Positions 1 to 10,204 of a stretch of DNA of 64,000 nucleotides are shown piece by piece. The first letter of the stretch is position 1, and every line of letters starts with the position of its first letter. The position numbers were made by a program, and so were the translations under genes. A model generated the notes under the pieces. That model worked only from the letters and a program-made list of their open reading frames with translations, searched no databases and was not told the DNA's origin. Source of the DNA: Candidatus Undinarchaeota archaeon (GTDB lineage: Archaea; SpSt-1190; JASMDC01); contig CAZFHY010000004.1 in NCBI GenBank assembly GCA_964519305.1, positions 96,001 to 160,000 on the forward strand, written 5' to 3'.

Positions 1-66
1 GGCCGACCGTCGACCGGATGATCGCTACCGTAATCCATTTAACCTGCGGTCCGTTCACCCGGCCGC

Positions 67-933
67 ATGAAGCTGGCCGAGGAGTGCATCCCCTGTCTCA
101 TGGACCGGGCCTTGTTCGAAGCGCGTCTGGCCTCGGACAATGAGGATGTCCACCGCAAGTGCCAGGAGGAGTTCGGTCATTGGGCCCGGGACAATGCCCG
201 GATCGGTAGTAAGGTGGCCGCCGAGGTGGGCACCCACCGGTTCCGCACCGTGGTCCGTCTCTCTGGTTGTCCGGATCCGTTCAGGGAACTGAAGGCACGT
301 TCGGATGAGGTGGCAGCAACGCTCCTCCCCGAGGCCCGTTCATTCATCGACAGGTCCGAGGACGAGCAGCGAGCTCTTGTCCGGGTGTTGTGCGCCGGCA
401 ATGCCATGGACTTCGGTGTTGCTGATTATGCCTTCGATGTCAACGACTTTGCTCAGGGTTTCAGAGAGCTCCTTTCGACCCCCTTCGGTGTTGACGAGAC
501 CGATGAGCTCTTCGAAAGGCTCGAGAAGGCATCGTGGGTGGTGCTGCTCCTCGACAACCATGGTGAGTGTGTGTTCGATCTGCTCCTGGCCAAGCGCCTG
601 ATGGAAGCGAACGTCCGAGTGACGACCGTTGCCAAGGGCGTCCCCATACTCAACGACGTCACCGTATCGGAAGCGCGTGCCATGGGTTTCCCTGAAGTGA
701 TATCCGACGGCGATAGCGTAGGAGTGAACCTCGACGAGGCCGATCCCGCGTTCCTTGATGCCCTGGCCCACGCCGATGTGCTCATCGCCAAGGGTATGGG
801 TAACTTCGAGACCATGAGCGAGTTCCATGAAATGGTAGAGGGGCGGCTCGTCTACCTTCTCAAGGCCAAATGCGCTCCGGTCGCCAGGGCACTAGGAGTG
901 CCGAGAGGGTGCCTGGTCGTAAAGTGCCTCTGA
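67..933 (+). CDS. DUF89/ARMT1-like damage-control phosphatase
   Basis: N-terminal ECIPC, GNAMDFG, DNHGE, PILNDVT, KGMGNFE and KAKC motifs typical of the DUF89 family. Confidence 0.9.
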   Translation: MKLAEECIPCLMDRALFEARLASDNEDVHRKCQEEFGHWARDNARIGSKVAAEVGTHRFRTVVRLSGCPDPFRELKARSDEVAATLLPEARSFIDRSEDEQRALVRVLCAGNAMDFGVADYAFDVNDFAQGFRELLSTPFGVDETDELFERLEKASWVVLLLDNHGECVFDLLLAKRLMEANVRVTTVAKGVPILNDVTVSEARAMGFPEVISDGDSVGVNLDEADPAFLDALAHADVLIAKGMGNFETMSEFHEMVEGRLVYLLKAKCAPVARALGVPRGCLVVKCL

Positions 934-937
934 TTCG

Positions 938-3900
938 CTAGAGCGGGGGAGGTCGGTATGTATAGTATGTCCTGTAGGCCTTAGTGTAGTAGGACTTCGG
1001 TCCTGCCGCCCGTGTGGTGGTCGCCATCTCGGCCTTGCCACCGGGGATCGGTGCGAGGTCGGTGGTAGAGGTGGCCTTGACCTGATGGAGCTTGAGGTAC
1101 CCTATACCGCCGCCCACGAGCACAAGGAAGATGAGGAGATAGGACATAATGCTGCTTCCTTCATCCTCCGGGGTCGGAGGTGGTAGCGGGACCCATGTCC
1201 CCCCCTCTTCTTCGGTATCGTTACTGCCCTCATCATCATCATCATCGTCCTCGGGCGGACGTATCGCTACACCGGGCACCTTCACCGTGTAGCTACGGGC
1301 TTGACCGCTCACCATGACGGTCAGGTTGATGATATCGGAGGGACAGGACTCGCCCGGTGCGAGTTTCACGCGTTCGTCACGGTTAGGCTCCATGGTGAAC
1401 TCGCCGTCCTTGCTGAGGTATACGCATGAATAGGCCTCGTCCGGTACGAGTATCTCGATCACCTCACGGCCTTCGCCCTTGTTGCGGATCGTTAGATATG
1501 AGCCGTCCCCCACTTCATCGGGCATGAGAACTTCCACTTCGGACCGCACCGGGCGGGCGCGCACGGTGACGCGGTAGGCGAGGGATTCGTTGCCCACCGG
1601 TACAACGAGGAGCACGCACGTCTGGTCCCCGGTCGCGTTGAAACCCGAGATCGAGGCGGTGAGGTTGATCGTCTCTCCCACCTCGAGCACTTCTGGAGGG
1701 ACCGCTGCGAGCTCGGCGCCGCCCTCCGGAGCTATATCCATGTTCACCTGCTGTTCATCTGTGCCCCGGTTGGTGACCGGGACCTGGACCTTGCAGACGC
1801 CAGAATAGATGGTGCAACCTACCTCATCGATCGTCTCGAGAGCGATGTAACGCTCATCAGAAACGTGTAGAAGTACGGTCGTCGTCCGGCCCACCTCGTC
1901 CTGCCCCGACGGGAAGGCGGAGGCATGGAACTGAACGTCCCCTAGCTCGCCCTCTGTCATCTTGAATATGAATGTCCGGGAGCCGTCCACCGTGCCTTCC
2001 TTCTCCAAGGCTTCACGGGAGGCAGAGGAGAGACGCACGACGAAGGGCGCCGGATTGGAAAGCGAACTGGTCACCTTTACAGGGATCTCGACCTCCCTGC
2101 CCTGTCGGGTGAAGACGGACGCGGGCGCAGTCACCGTGAAATCGACCGATGCACGGGCGTCCAGGATAGTCTCGTTGGCGATGCAGCGCACTATAGCTGC
2201 GCCGGCCCGTTTGTAGGGACGGTTGCACATCACGACCTTGACGGGTACTTCCAGGCGCTTGGCGAGCACTGTGACCGATGCGTTGAGCATCTCCTTACGG
2301 AAAGTGATTAATGGCTCGAGCACATCGGTCAGGGGCGACTCCCGCGAGACCGCTCTGGCGAGCGCCCGGTAGACAGGCTCCTTTACTGCGGGATCGATAT
2401 TGTACCGGTCGATATCGCCCCGCACTCTGTCCGCGAGAGCGAGCACGTCGGTGAACTCCGGGGTCTCTGCGAAAAGGGCTTCCGCCTTTGCTAAGGAAAT
2501 GTAGAAGTGGAGCAGGTCCAGGTCCTGCGCCAGCTCGCGGTCATCAGCAGCGATATCATAGAGCAGCACCTCCTTATCAGCAGGCCCGCTGAGCGTCTTG
2601 GACGTGAACATGGGCTCAGAGCTCATTGCCGCAGGTGCGATGGTGTAGTAGAAGCGGTCCTCTAGCGTGCCCGATGGTGCAATTTCGAACAGACATCGCA
2701 CACGTCCTAGTAGCCACTCACATCCTATCCTACCTTGATAATCCCGGAAGTCACCAGGGTTGACGTCGAGAGCGATGGAAACAGCTCCCTCAGGTGACTC
2801 GGGGGGCTGGAATGAGACGGTGACGTTCCCGCCAGGACCCCGGTCGTACCCGACGACCACTTCCACCTCCAATTCGTTCCCCGGCGCTAGGTCCCATTCA
2901 TGGCATGTATCACCAGACACCGTAGCGTTGAAACCATCCGCTTCGGCGCACACACGCAGCCCCGGGACCGACCGGAGGTTCTTGACCTTGAACCTTAATC
3001 CTGTTCTTTCTCCCGGATATATGGTCACCGGGTCCGGCGCATCGACCTCAAAGGACCTTCCCGCGGTATAGGTGAGTGTGGCGTTCCACACGTATCTATA
3101 TGTGGTCGACTCGATAGAGTAGCGGACATCGCCCGGCTGGTCCGTCTCGATCACAGTACCGATGATGAGGGGTCGGCCCGTGTGGACGGCGACGTTGTCC
3201 GTCCGTGTCCCCGAGGGCAACTCCGTCACGAGTGTGAGGGTGTCGTCCATATAGGGAAGGATGGTCAGGTTGAGCTGGCGTCTTCCGTACACTCTGTCCT
3301 CGTACGTAACCTCCTCGACCATGCGCTCGGTGTCCGCTATCAAGGAACGTGACATGAGCTCTGCGTTGAGTGAGACGATGATGCCCCGATATAGCATCCG
3401 TGGCCGCACGTACCCCACAGCAGTTCCTGAGCGTGCGAGCACAACGGCTTCTAATCCCTTTGCATCCTCCCGGCTCACCGCCGACCACGCGACCTCGTCT
3501 TTGCATGGTATAGCGGCGACGCCGAGCTTCCCACAATGGTATGTATAATCGAAGAGACCCTTGAACGGTGCAGTCTCACCTTCCTTGTACAGACCGGCGT
3601 ACACCTCGGTCGCCGATGTCCCCGGACCGAGTTTTGCGGAACCGGTGGTGTTGTCGAACACGAGGGTAGATGTGAGGCTTAAACCACCACCCGGGGCGGA
3701 TACGGTCGCGTCGATATCTGCCGATCCCTGGAGCCCCGGCGAGCCCACGATCAGGTGGCATGCCAGCTGGCCGGGTGGTGTCCCCGGGATGACCGCCGCT
3801 GCCTTGAGCCGGCTCGGTATCCCTGCCACCGGAGGCGTGAGGAAGAAGACGGTCCGCACCTGCGAGCCGCCACAGCTCAGCCGGGTGAGGGATGGGGTGA

Positions 3901-4051
3901 ACGCGAGAAATCCTTCGAGCGAAGCGTTGATGAATAGCGCGGTCGCCGAGGGGAGGGCGAAGGCCTCCGCCGACTCGATTGTCACGGTCGCTGCCTGTCC
4001 TACTGTGAAAAGGAGTAGGACCGCTAAGAGGGTCGCGCGGCTCATTGTCAA
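938..4051 (-). CDS. Large secreted, C-terminally membrane-anchored surface protein (Ig-like beta domains)
   Basis: 1037 aa; signal peptide, beta-rich repeats (VKN/VTN motifs), acidic/Pro linker, TM helix, Tyr-rich tail; overlaps the rfcS stop. Confidence 0.75.
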   Translation of the reverse strand: MTMSRATLLAVLLLFTVGQAATVTIESAEAFALPSATALFINASLEGFLAFTPSLTRLSCGGSQVRTVFFLTPPVAGIPSRLKAAAVIPGTPPGQLACHLIVGSPGLQGSADIDATVSAPGGGLSLTSTLVFDNTTGSAKLGPGTSATEVYAGLYKEGETAPFKGLFDYTYHCGKLGVAAIPCKDEVAWSAVSREDAKGLEAVVLARSGTAVGYVRPRMLYRGIIVSLNAELMSRSLIADTERMVEEVTYEDRVYGRRQLNLTILPYMDDTLTLVTELPSGTRTDNVAVHTGRPLIIGTVIETDQPGDVRYSIESTTYRYVWNATLTYTAGRSFEVDAPDPVTIYPGERTGLRFKVKNLRSVPGLRVCAEADGFNATVSGDTCHEWDLAPGNELEVEVVVGYDRGPGGNVTVSFQPPESPEGAVSIALDVNPGDFRDYQGRIGCEWLLGRVRCLFEIAPSGTLEDRFYYTIAPAAMSSEPMFTSKTLSGPADKEVLLYDIAADDRELAQDLDLLHFYISLAKAEALFAETPEFTDVLALADRVRGDIDRYNIDPAVKEPVYRALARAVSRESPLTDVLEPLITFRKEMLNASVTVLAKRLEVPVKVVMCNRPYKRAGAAIVRCIANETILDARASVDFTVTAPASVFTRQGREVEIPVKVTSSLSNPAPFVVRLSSASREALEKEGTVDGSRTFIFKMTEGELGDVQFHASAFPSGQDEVGRTTTVLLHVSDERYIALETIDEVGCTIYSGVCKVQVPVTNRGTDEQQVNMDIAPEGGAELAAVPPEVLEVGETINLTASISGFNATGDQTCVLLVVPVGNESLAYRVTVRARPVRSEVEVLMPDEVGDGSYLTIRNKGEGREVIEILVPDEAYSCVYLSKDGEFTMEPNRDERVKLAPGESCPSDIINLTVMVSGQARSYTVKVPGVAIRPPEDDDDDDEGSNDTEEEGGTWVPLPPPTPEDEGSSIMSYLLIFLVLVGGGIGYLKLHQVKATSTTDLAPIPGGKAEMATTTRAAGPKSYYTKAYRTYYTYRPPPL

Positions 4052-5007
4052 GAACGCTTCCCGAGGAGGGTGAGGTTCGCCAAGAGAGCATCGAGCTGTA
4101 CGTACTCGTTTGCCCCTTCGGCCATGCGGAACTCGTACTCTCCGAGCCGGTCAAGGATGGTGACCTTGATCTCTTGGGCGACATCCAACGCAAGGACGGC
4201 CCGATGTATGGCGCGCACCACATCCTCCCCCGCCATGCCACGCGTTACCATCAGGTCCTGGAGCTGGCCTCGTGCTGTCAGAAAGTCCCCATCCAGAGCG
4301 GTCGTCAGCACGTCTCGCACCTCGCCGCCCTTCAGTTCAGAGGTGATCTGATAGACCTCGTCCTCGGTTATCTCCTTGCCCAAGGCGGCAGATGCCTGGA
4401 GCACGTTAACGGTCCGGCGCAGGTCACCCCGAGAGAGGTCGACGACAGCCGCAAGAGCCTTATCGCCCATCTTCAATCCCTCCCCGTCACGGATGCGTTC
4501 GGCCATCACCTTGACACCCTCGGGAGCGAGCCTTGCGAAGCGGAACACCGCACACCGCGACTGGATGGGATCAATGATACGACTGGAGTAGTTGCACGAC
4601 AGGATGAACCTGCAAGTGAGCGAGTAGTTCTCCATGGTACGCCGGAGGGCGTTCTGGGCGTCCCTGGTGAGAGCGTCGCACTCGTCCAGGAAGATTATCT
4701 TGAAGGCAGTGCCGATGGCCTTCGTGCGGGCGAAGTCCTTGATGGTGGAACGGACCACGTCGATGCCGCGTTCGTCGGACGCGTTCTTCTCGAGGAAGTT
4801 ATACCGCCACTGGTCACCGAAGAGCTCGCGAGCCACGGCGATGGCGGTCGTGGTCTTACCCGTCCCCGCAGGCCCTGCGAAGAGCATATGGGGTATCGAT
4901 CCGGATTCTACGAATCCGTTGAGACGAGCGACTATCTCGCTGTGCCCGACTACATCCTCAAGTGACCTTGGCCGATATTTTTCTGTCCAAACCTCGCTCA
5001 GGTCCAT
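4048..5007 (-). CDS. rfcS: Replication factor C small subunit
   Basis: WTEKYRP, GPAGTGKT Walker A, NASDERG, DECD, SRC motifs; no intein. Confidence 0.97.
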   Translation of the reverse strand: MDLSEVWTEKYRPRSLEDVVGHSEIVARLNGFVESGSIPHMLFAGPAGTGKTTTAIAVARELFGDQWRYNFLEKNASDERGIDVVRSTIKDFARTKAIGTAFKIIFLDECDALTRDAQNALRRTMENYSLTCRFILSCNYSSRIIDPIQSRCAVFRFARLAPEGVKVMAERIRDGEGLKMGDKALAAVVDLSRGDLRRTVNVLQASAALGKEITEDEVYQITSELKGGEVRDVLTTALDGDFLTARGQLQDLMVTRGMAGEDVVRAIHRAVLALDVAQEIKVTILDRLGEYEFRMAEGANEYVQLDALLANLTLLGKRS

Positions 5008-5963
5008 TTGTTACTGAACCTCCCCAGGAGTGAGAGCCCGAACAGGGTTCGAAGCCAATATGATATAAACCTATCCACGACGGTGAAGGTCGGCCCTCGG
5101 GCGAGGTCCAGCATCGCAGTGAAGGTGACAAGGCCACCCTCCACTACACCAAGGCCGCCAGGGGTGAGTGGGACGGACGAGAGCATGGTCTCTAGGATGG
5201 CGATCATGCAGCAGACCACCAATCCCACGTTCTCCACACCCAATCCCGCCAGGATGAACCATGTGCGGAGTGTGAGGAATACTATTGACAGGAGCGTGGA
5301 TAGCACGCATATGGTCAGGGTGGAAGGGTCATGGAGCAGTGTGCGCAGTTCTATGAACACGTCCTCGACCACCTCCTGACGTTCATGCACGACCCTGCCT
5401 AGAGCGATTCTTTCGAGCCGGTCCAGGTTGAACACGATCGCCACGAGCATAAGGAGCGGTACCAACGAAACGGCAACGACAGGCCATCCCACGAAATCCT
5501 TTGAGATGGCAAGGTGTGCGAGGAAGACGGTGCTGAGAAGGAAGGCGAATCCGAAGTCGAACGCCTTGTCGACGAAAACACTGGCGTACCCCTGCCGTTT
5601 CCGGACACCAAAGGCCTTCTCAAGGAGGATGGGGCGGACCAGATCGCCCGCGATGCGGCCCGAGGGGAGGACGTTGTTGAGGGCGATAGAGCCCGCCACC
5701 ATGTCGAGCTCAGGTGCGAACGGTACACGCACGCCCTGACGCTTGAGGAGCACATGCCAGCGCCACGTGACCAGTACTATCACAAGTATGTCGGCGAGCA
5801 CAGCGAAAGCGATATACGTGACGTCCGCGTCCCCCAAGGTAGTTAGCAGGGCCTCTCGCTCTTCCATAAGGAGGAGCAGTATGAAAATGAGAGCGCTGAC
5901 CACCAATGCCACGACCAACGTCCGCTTCCGGGGACGAAATGCCGCGAGCTCCTGCGGAGTCAC
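4998..5963 (-). CDS. Lysylphosphatidylglycerol synthase TM-domain / flippase-like membrane protein (UPF0104)
   Basis: RW, NNVLPSGRIAGD, TPGGLGVVE and DRFISYW motifs; multiple TM helices. Confidence 0.85.
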   Translation of the reverse strand: MTPQELAAFRPRKRTLVVALVVSALIFILLLLMEEREALLTTLGDADVTYIAFAVLADILVIVLVTWRWHVLLKRQGVRVPFAPELDMVAGSIALNNVLPSGRIAGDLVRPILLEKAFGVRKRQGYASVFVDKAFDFGFAFLLSTVFLAHLAISKDFVGWPVVAVSLVPLLMLVAIVFNLDRLERIALGRVVHERQEVVEDVFIELRTLLHDPSTLTICVLSTLLSIVFLTLRTWFILAGLGVENVGLVVCCMIAILETMLSSVPLTPGGLGVVEGGLVTFTAMLDLARGPTFTVVDRFISYWLRTLFGLSLLGRFSNKWT

Positions 5964-6016
5964 TGGCCGCGATGTGGTGGAAAGAATTAAAACTCTTGTC
6001 GGTCCGGAACCCAGCG

Positions 6017-6253
6017 ATGACGACGAACACGGTGGTCACTCTCTTCACCGTGGCGCTCGCGATGGTCGCGGGCTACCTCTCGTCCCAGCAGGAAGAACTT
6101 GTCATGGCCTATATCGTGGCAGTTCCTCTGCTTGCGGCCGTAGTGCTCGCCTCTAAGCGCCTATTGCCGACCAAGGGGGCTGGTGGGTGGGTGGCATCGT
6201 TCGCCTTCGTCTGGGGTGTGGTGTGGACGCTCATCCACAACATGCACTTGTGA
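6017..6253 (+). CDS. Small 3-TM membrane protein, EMC6-like archaeal family
   Basis: 78 aa from ATG 6017; three hydrophobic segments ending FVWGVVWTLIHN, resembling the EMC6 C-terminal motif. Confidence 0.55.
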   Translation: MTTNTVVTLFTVALAMVAGYLSSQQEELVMAYIVAVPLLAAVVLASKRLLPTKGAGGWVASFAFVWGVVWTLIHNMHL

Positions 6254-6275
6254 GAACCAATGGAAGTGTAGCATC

Positions 6276-7595
6276 ATGGCACTGAGGACAAAGTGGACCT
6301 GTGAGCTGACCGATGACCTCGACGGCAAGACCGTGAACGTAGCTGGCTGGGTGCATAGTAAGAGAAATCTGGGCGGGATCAGGTTCCTTCTCCTGAGGGA
6401 CAAGACCGGAATCGTCCAGGTGACCGCTGTCAAGAAAAAGCTCGATCCTGAGCTCTTCGCCAAGATAGCATCGCTCTCCAAGGAATCGGTCGTATCCGTT
6501 TCGGGGCTTATCCAGATGAACAAGCAGGCCCCCAACGGCGTAGAGGTCATCCCTGAGGCGCTTACGGTGCTCAATCCCGCCGACACCCCCCTCCCCCTTG
6601 ACGTGACAGGAAAAGTGCACGCCGAGCTCGACACACGCCTGGACAACCGAATCGTTGACCTCCGTCGGCAGAACGTAACGCGTGTGTTCATTATCAAGGA
6701 CGCCATGCTCGCGGAGTTCCGCCGGAAGTGCGAGGATGAGGGTTTCGTGGAAGTTCACACCCCCAAGATCGTGGCTGCCGGTGCTGAGGGCGGCTCCACC
6801 CTTTTCCCGATCGCCTATTTCGACCGGGAGGCCTACCTTGCCCAGTCACCACAGCTCTACAAGCAGATGCTCATGGGATCAGGGCTCGACCGGATCCTGG
6901 AGATCGCCCCTGCCTGGCGGGCTGAGAAGTCGGACACCATCCGACACCTGTCCGAGTTCATCTCGATCGACATGGAGATGGCATTCATCGAGAGCGAGGA
7001 GGATGTCATGGGAATGCTGGAGCGGGTGCTCGCCCAGTCGCTCGAATACGTCAGGACCAGCTGCTCCCCCCAGCTCGAGGAGATGGGCGTGGAGCTACCA
7101 AAGGTAAGCACACCCTTCCCCCGAGTGACGTACTCCGAAGCAGTCGAGCTCATCAACGCCTCCGGCGAGTCAGAGGTCGAATGGGGCGAGGACCTCTCGA
7201 CCGAGGCCGAGAAGGTCCTCGGTAAGATCATGGCCGAGAAGGGCCACGACCTCTACTTCATCACCGAATACCCATCGCGCATCAAACCATTCTATATCAT
7301 GGTCAATGACGAGCGTCCCGAAGTGTGTCGCGCCTTCGACCTTGAGTTCCGCGGTATGGAGATCACATCGGGCGGCCAGCGCGAGCACCGGTACGACATT
7401 CTCCTCAACCGGATGAAGGAACAGGGTCTGGACACGAGCGACTTCACATTCTACCTGGACGCCTTCCGGTACGGAATGCCGCCCCACGGCGGTCTGGGAC
7501 TGGGAATCGAGCGCGTGGTCCAGATCCTCCTGGACGTCAAGAACATCCGGGAGACCGTGCTCTTCCCCCGTGACCGCTCCCGGCTCGTACCATAA
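6276..7595 (+). CDS. aspS: Aspartyl-tRNA synthetase, archaeal, non-discriminating type
   Basis: OB fold GWVH, LAQSPQLYKQ, WRAE motif 2, PPHGGLGLGIER motif 3; His in GWVH and Pro in KQAPNG match ND-AspRS. Confidence 0.96.
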   Translation: MALRTKWTCELTDDLDGKTVNVAGWVHSKRNLGGIRFLLLRDKTGIVQVTAVKKKLDPELFAKIASLSKESVVSVSGLIQMNKQAPNGVEVIPEALTVLNPADTPLPLDVTGKVHAELDTRLDNRIVDLRRQNVTRVFIIKDAMLAEFRRKCEDEGFVEVHTPKIVAAGAEGGSTLFPIAYFDREAYLAQSPQLYKQMLMGSGLDRILEIAPAWRAEKSDTIRHLSEFISIDMEMAFIESEEDVMGMLERVLAQSLEYVRTSCSPQLEEMGVELPKVSTPFPRVTYSEAVELINASGESEVEWGEDLSTEAEKVLGKIMAEKGHDLYFITEYPSRIKPFYIMVNDERPEVCRAFDLEFRGMEITSGGQREHRYDILLNRMKEQGLDTSDFTFYLDAFRYGMPPHGGLGLGIERVVQILLDVKNIRETVLFPRDRSRLVP

Positions 7596-7607
7596 GGTGG
7601 TATATTC

Positions 7608-7781
7608 GTGGTCGCCGTCGTGAACAAGGAGATTTGCCTGCACTGCGGCGGTTGCGTGGTGACCTGCCCGGTAGACGCCAATACCTTCCGCGATCCGGAT
7701 ATCATCATCGACAGCAAGAAGTGCGTCTCCTGCGGAGCCTGTGTAAGCGTATGCCCCGTGGGTGCTATCTCACTGAGGTGA
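7608..7781 (+). CDS. 2x[4Fe-4S] ferredoxin (57 aa, absent from the ORF track)
   Basis: GTG start 7 nt after AAGGTGG; CLHCGGCVVTCP and CVSCGACVSVCP; directly upstream of the GGR genes. Confidence 0.93.
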   Translation: MVAVVNKEICLHCGGCVVTCPVDANTFRDPDIIIDSKKCVSCGACVSVCPVGAISLR

Positions 7782-7788
7782 GGGGAGC

Positions 7789-8955
7789 ATGCACGACGTC
7801 ATCGTCATCGGAGTGGGCCCCGCGGGTGCCAGCGCGGCGCGATTCGCCGCCCGCCAAGGTCTTGATGTGCTGGCCGTGGACCAGCGCCAAGAGATAGGGG
7901 CACCAAAAAGGTGCGCTGAGGGCGTCGTTCTCAAAGTCCTGGAGCGGGACCAAGTGCCCATCGATGAACGATGGGTGGCACAGCGGATCCGTGGGCTGAC
8001 CTTCGTCGCCCCCAATGGCCGCCGCGTATCTGCCCGGGAGGAACACGATGTCGGCATGATCGTGGAGCGGAAGTTGTTCGACAAACATCTGGCCATGCTC
8101 GCCGTTCGCGACGGTGCTCGCATACAAGCTCGGACCCGTGCGGAGGCCGTGGTGCGTGACGGCGACACCATTCGCGTCACGCTGTCCTCCGGTGGTCGCA
8201 CTTGGGAGGAAGAGTCGGCTATCGTCATCTGCGGCGGCGGTGTCGATGGGACCATGGCCAACATCCTGGGATTGGCCGACCCTATCCCGCCCAAGGACCT
8301 GGGCTGCGGAGCCCAGTACGAGATGGCAGGGATCGATATCGATGATCCCACCATGTGCTCCTGTTGGGTTGGTCGGAAGGTGTCCAGCGGCGGTTATGCA
8401 TGGGTGTTCCCCAAAGGCGAGGACGTGGCCAACGTGGGTGTCACGGTCCTTGGCTCGGAGAAGGAGAACGCCCTCACACAGCTCGACCGGTTCATCGCCA
8501 GCCAACCCGGACTGGCACAGGGTAGTATCCTAGAGGTGAACGCGGGCACCATCCCGGTCGGCGAGTCGCTCAAGCACCTCGTAGCCGATGGGTTCATGGT
8601 CGTCGGCGATGCGGCCCGCCAGGTGAACCCCATTCATGCCGGGGGGATCAGCGAGGCAATGGAAGCGGGCATGTATGCTGGTGAGACTGCCGCAAAGGCG
8701 ATCGAACGCGGGGACACATCAAAAAAGGTCCTTAAAGAGTACGAGGACCGCTGGAACAACAACTATGGCACGTTCCAGGACAGCCTCGTGCGCGCCAGAC
8801 GGGCCATCCACTCCCTCTCTGACGAGGACCTCGACTACCTCATCACCCGGATAACTCCCAAGGACATAGTGGACTTCCTGATCGGTAAGGGTTTCACCCG
8901 GGCCATCAAGCTCTTCGCACGACGTCCTTCATTGCTCAAGGTGTTCTTGTACTAA
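7789..8955 (+). CDS. Digeranylgeranylglycerophospholipid reductase family (GGR paralogue 1)
   Basis: GVGPAG FAD motif, PKRCAEG, ERKLFD, YAWVFPKG, GDAARQVNP. Confidence 0.92.
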   Translation: MHDVIVIGVGPAGASAARFAARQGLDVLAVDQRQEIGAPKRCAEGVVLKVLERDQVPIDERWVAQRIRGLTFVAPNGRRVSAREEHDVGMIVERKLFDKHLAMLAVRDGARIQARTRAEAVVRDGDTIRVTLSSGGRTWEEESAIVICGGGVDGTMANILGLADPIPPKDLGCGAQYEMAGIDIDDPTMCSCWVGRKVSSGGYAWVFPKGEDVANVGVTVLGSEKENALTQLDRFIASQPGLAQGSILEVNAGTIPVGESLKHLVADGFMVVGDAARQVNPIHAGGISEAMEAGMYAGETAAKAIERGDTSKKVLKEYEDRWNNNYGTFQDSLVRARRAIHSLSDEDLDYLITRITPKDIVDFLIGKGFTRAIKLFARRPSLLKVFLY

Positions 8956-8976
8956 TCGCTCTCAGGGTGCTATGCC

Positions 8977-10143
8977 ATGTACGACGTCATCGTGATCGGG
9001 GCAGGGCCTGGAGGCTCGAGCGCGGCCAGGTTCGCCGCCCGCGCCGGTCTTGACGTTCTCGCCGTCGATAAGCGTCAGGAGATAGGGAGCCCGAAACGAT
9101 GCGGGGAGTTCTTCGCATTCGAGGTGTTCGAGCGCGACATGGTCCCGCCCATCGACCGCGTCATCGCCCAGCACATCCACGGCATGCGCCTCGTGGCGCC
9201 AAGCGGTAAGGACCTGTCAGCACGATGGGACGATCCCCTGGCGGTCGTCCTAGAGCGCAAGCAGTTCGACAAGTACCTGGCAACGCTCGCGGTGCGGGAT
9301 GGAGCCCGCGTGCAGGCACGGACTACTGCTGAGTCGGTGGAACGTGACGGCGACCTCCTGCGCGTCACGCTCTCGTCCCGGACGGAGCAGTGGGTGGAAG
9401 AAGCGCGTATCCTTATCTGTGCCGATGGCGTCGATGCACCCATCGCCCGGGCCCTCGGTCTTGCCGAGCCGCTCGCTCACGAAGCGGTGGGCAGCGGCGC
9501 CCAGTTCGAGATGGTCGGCATCGAGATGGACGATCCCACCATCGTCACTTGCTGGGTCGGTCGCGAGGTCGCTGGTACGGGGTACGCATGGCTCTTTCCC
9601 AAGGGGGAGGACCGGGCCAACGTGGGGGTCGGGATTCCGGGCTCGGACCCTGGAACGGCCATCACCCTGCTCGAAAGTCTCGTCGCCTCGAAGTCGGAAC
9701 TATCCCAAGGGAGCATCCTCGAGGTGAACGCAGGGACCGTGCCGGTATGCAATATGCCCTCGCGGTTAGTGTGCGATGGCGTCATGGTGGTCGGTGACGC
9801 CGCACGTCAAGCGAACCCTATCCATGCGGGAGGGATATGCGAGGCAATGGAGGCGGGACGGTTCGCGGGCGAGACCGCCGCCAACGCGATCAATTCCGGG
9901 GACATCTCAGCGAAGTTCCTCAAGGAGTACGAGGATAGATGGAGCAAAGGGTACGGTTCGTTCCACCATCACCTTGTGAGGGCCCGTCGTGCCATGGCGG
10001 CCCTCTCTGACGACGATATCAACTACATTGTGGATAGGTTATCCCCCGAGGAGATCGTGGAGTTCGTCAGCGGGAGGGGTATTACCAGAGCCGCGCTCCT
10101 CTTCGCCGGACGTCCCTCGTTATTGAGGATCTTCCTCCAGTAA
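8977..10143 (+). CDS. Digeranylgeranylglycerophospholipid reductase family (GGR paralogue 2)
   Basis: GAGPGG, PKRCGE, YAWLFPKG, GDAARQANP; same length (388 aa) as paralogue 1 and colinear with it. Confidence 0.92.
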   Translation: MYDVIVIGAGPGGSSAARFAARAGLDVLAVDKRQEIGSPKRCGEFFAFEVFERDMVPPIDRVIAQHIHGMRLVAPSGKDLSARWDDPLAVVLERKQFDKYLATLAVRDGARVQARTTAESVERDGDLLRVTLSSRTEQWVEEARILICADGVDAPIARALGLAEPLAHEAVGSGAQFEMVGIEMDDPTIVTCWVGREVAGTGYAWLFPKGEDRANVGVGIPGSDPGTAITLLESLVASKSELSQGSILEVNAGTVPVCNMPSRLVCDGVMVVGDAARQANPIHAGGICEAMEAGRFAGETAANAINSGDISAKFLKEYEDRWSKGYGSFHHHLVRARRAMAALSDDDINYIVDRLSPEEIVEFVSGRGITRAALLFAGRPSLLRIFLQ

Positions 10144-10204
10144 CAGCGATAGTTTGTCGCTCTTTACGAAAACTATTAATTATTGATTAGATATTCCTCC
10201 CTCC

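Noticed and set aside
1230-1249. (TCA)n microsatellite
   Set aside because: Encodes the poly-Asp linker of the surface protein; in-frame triplet with no phase-variation effect
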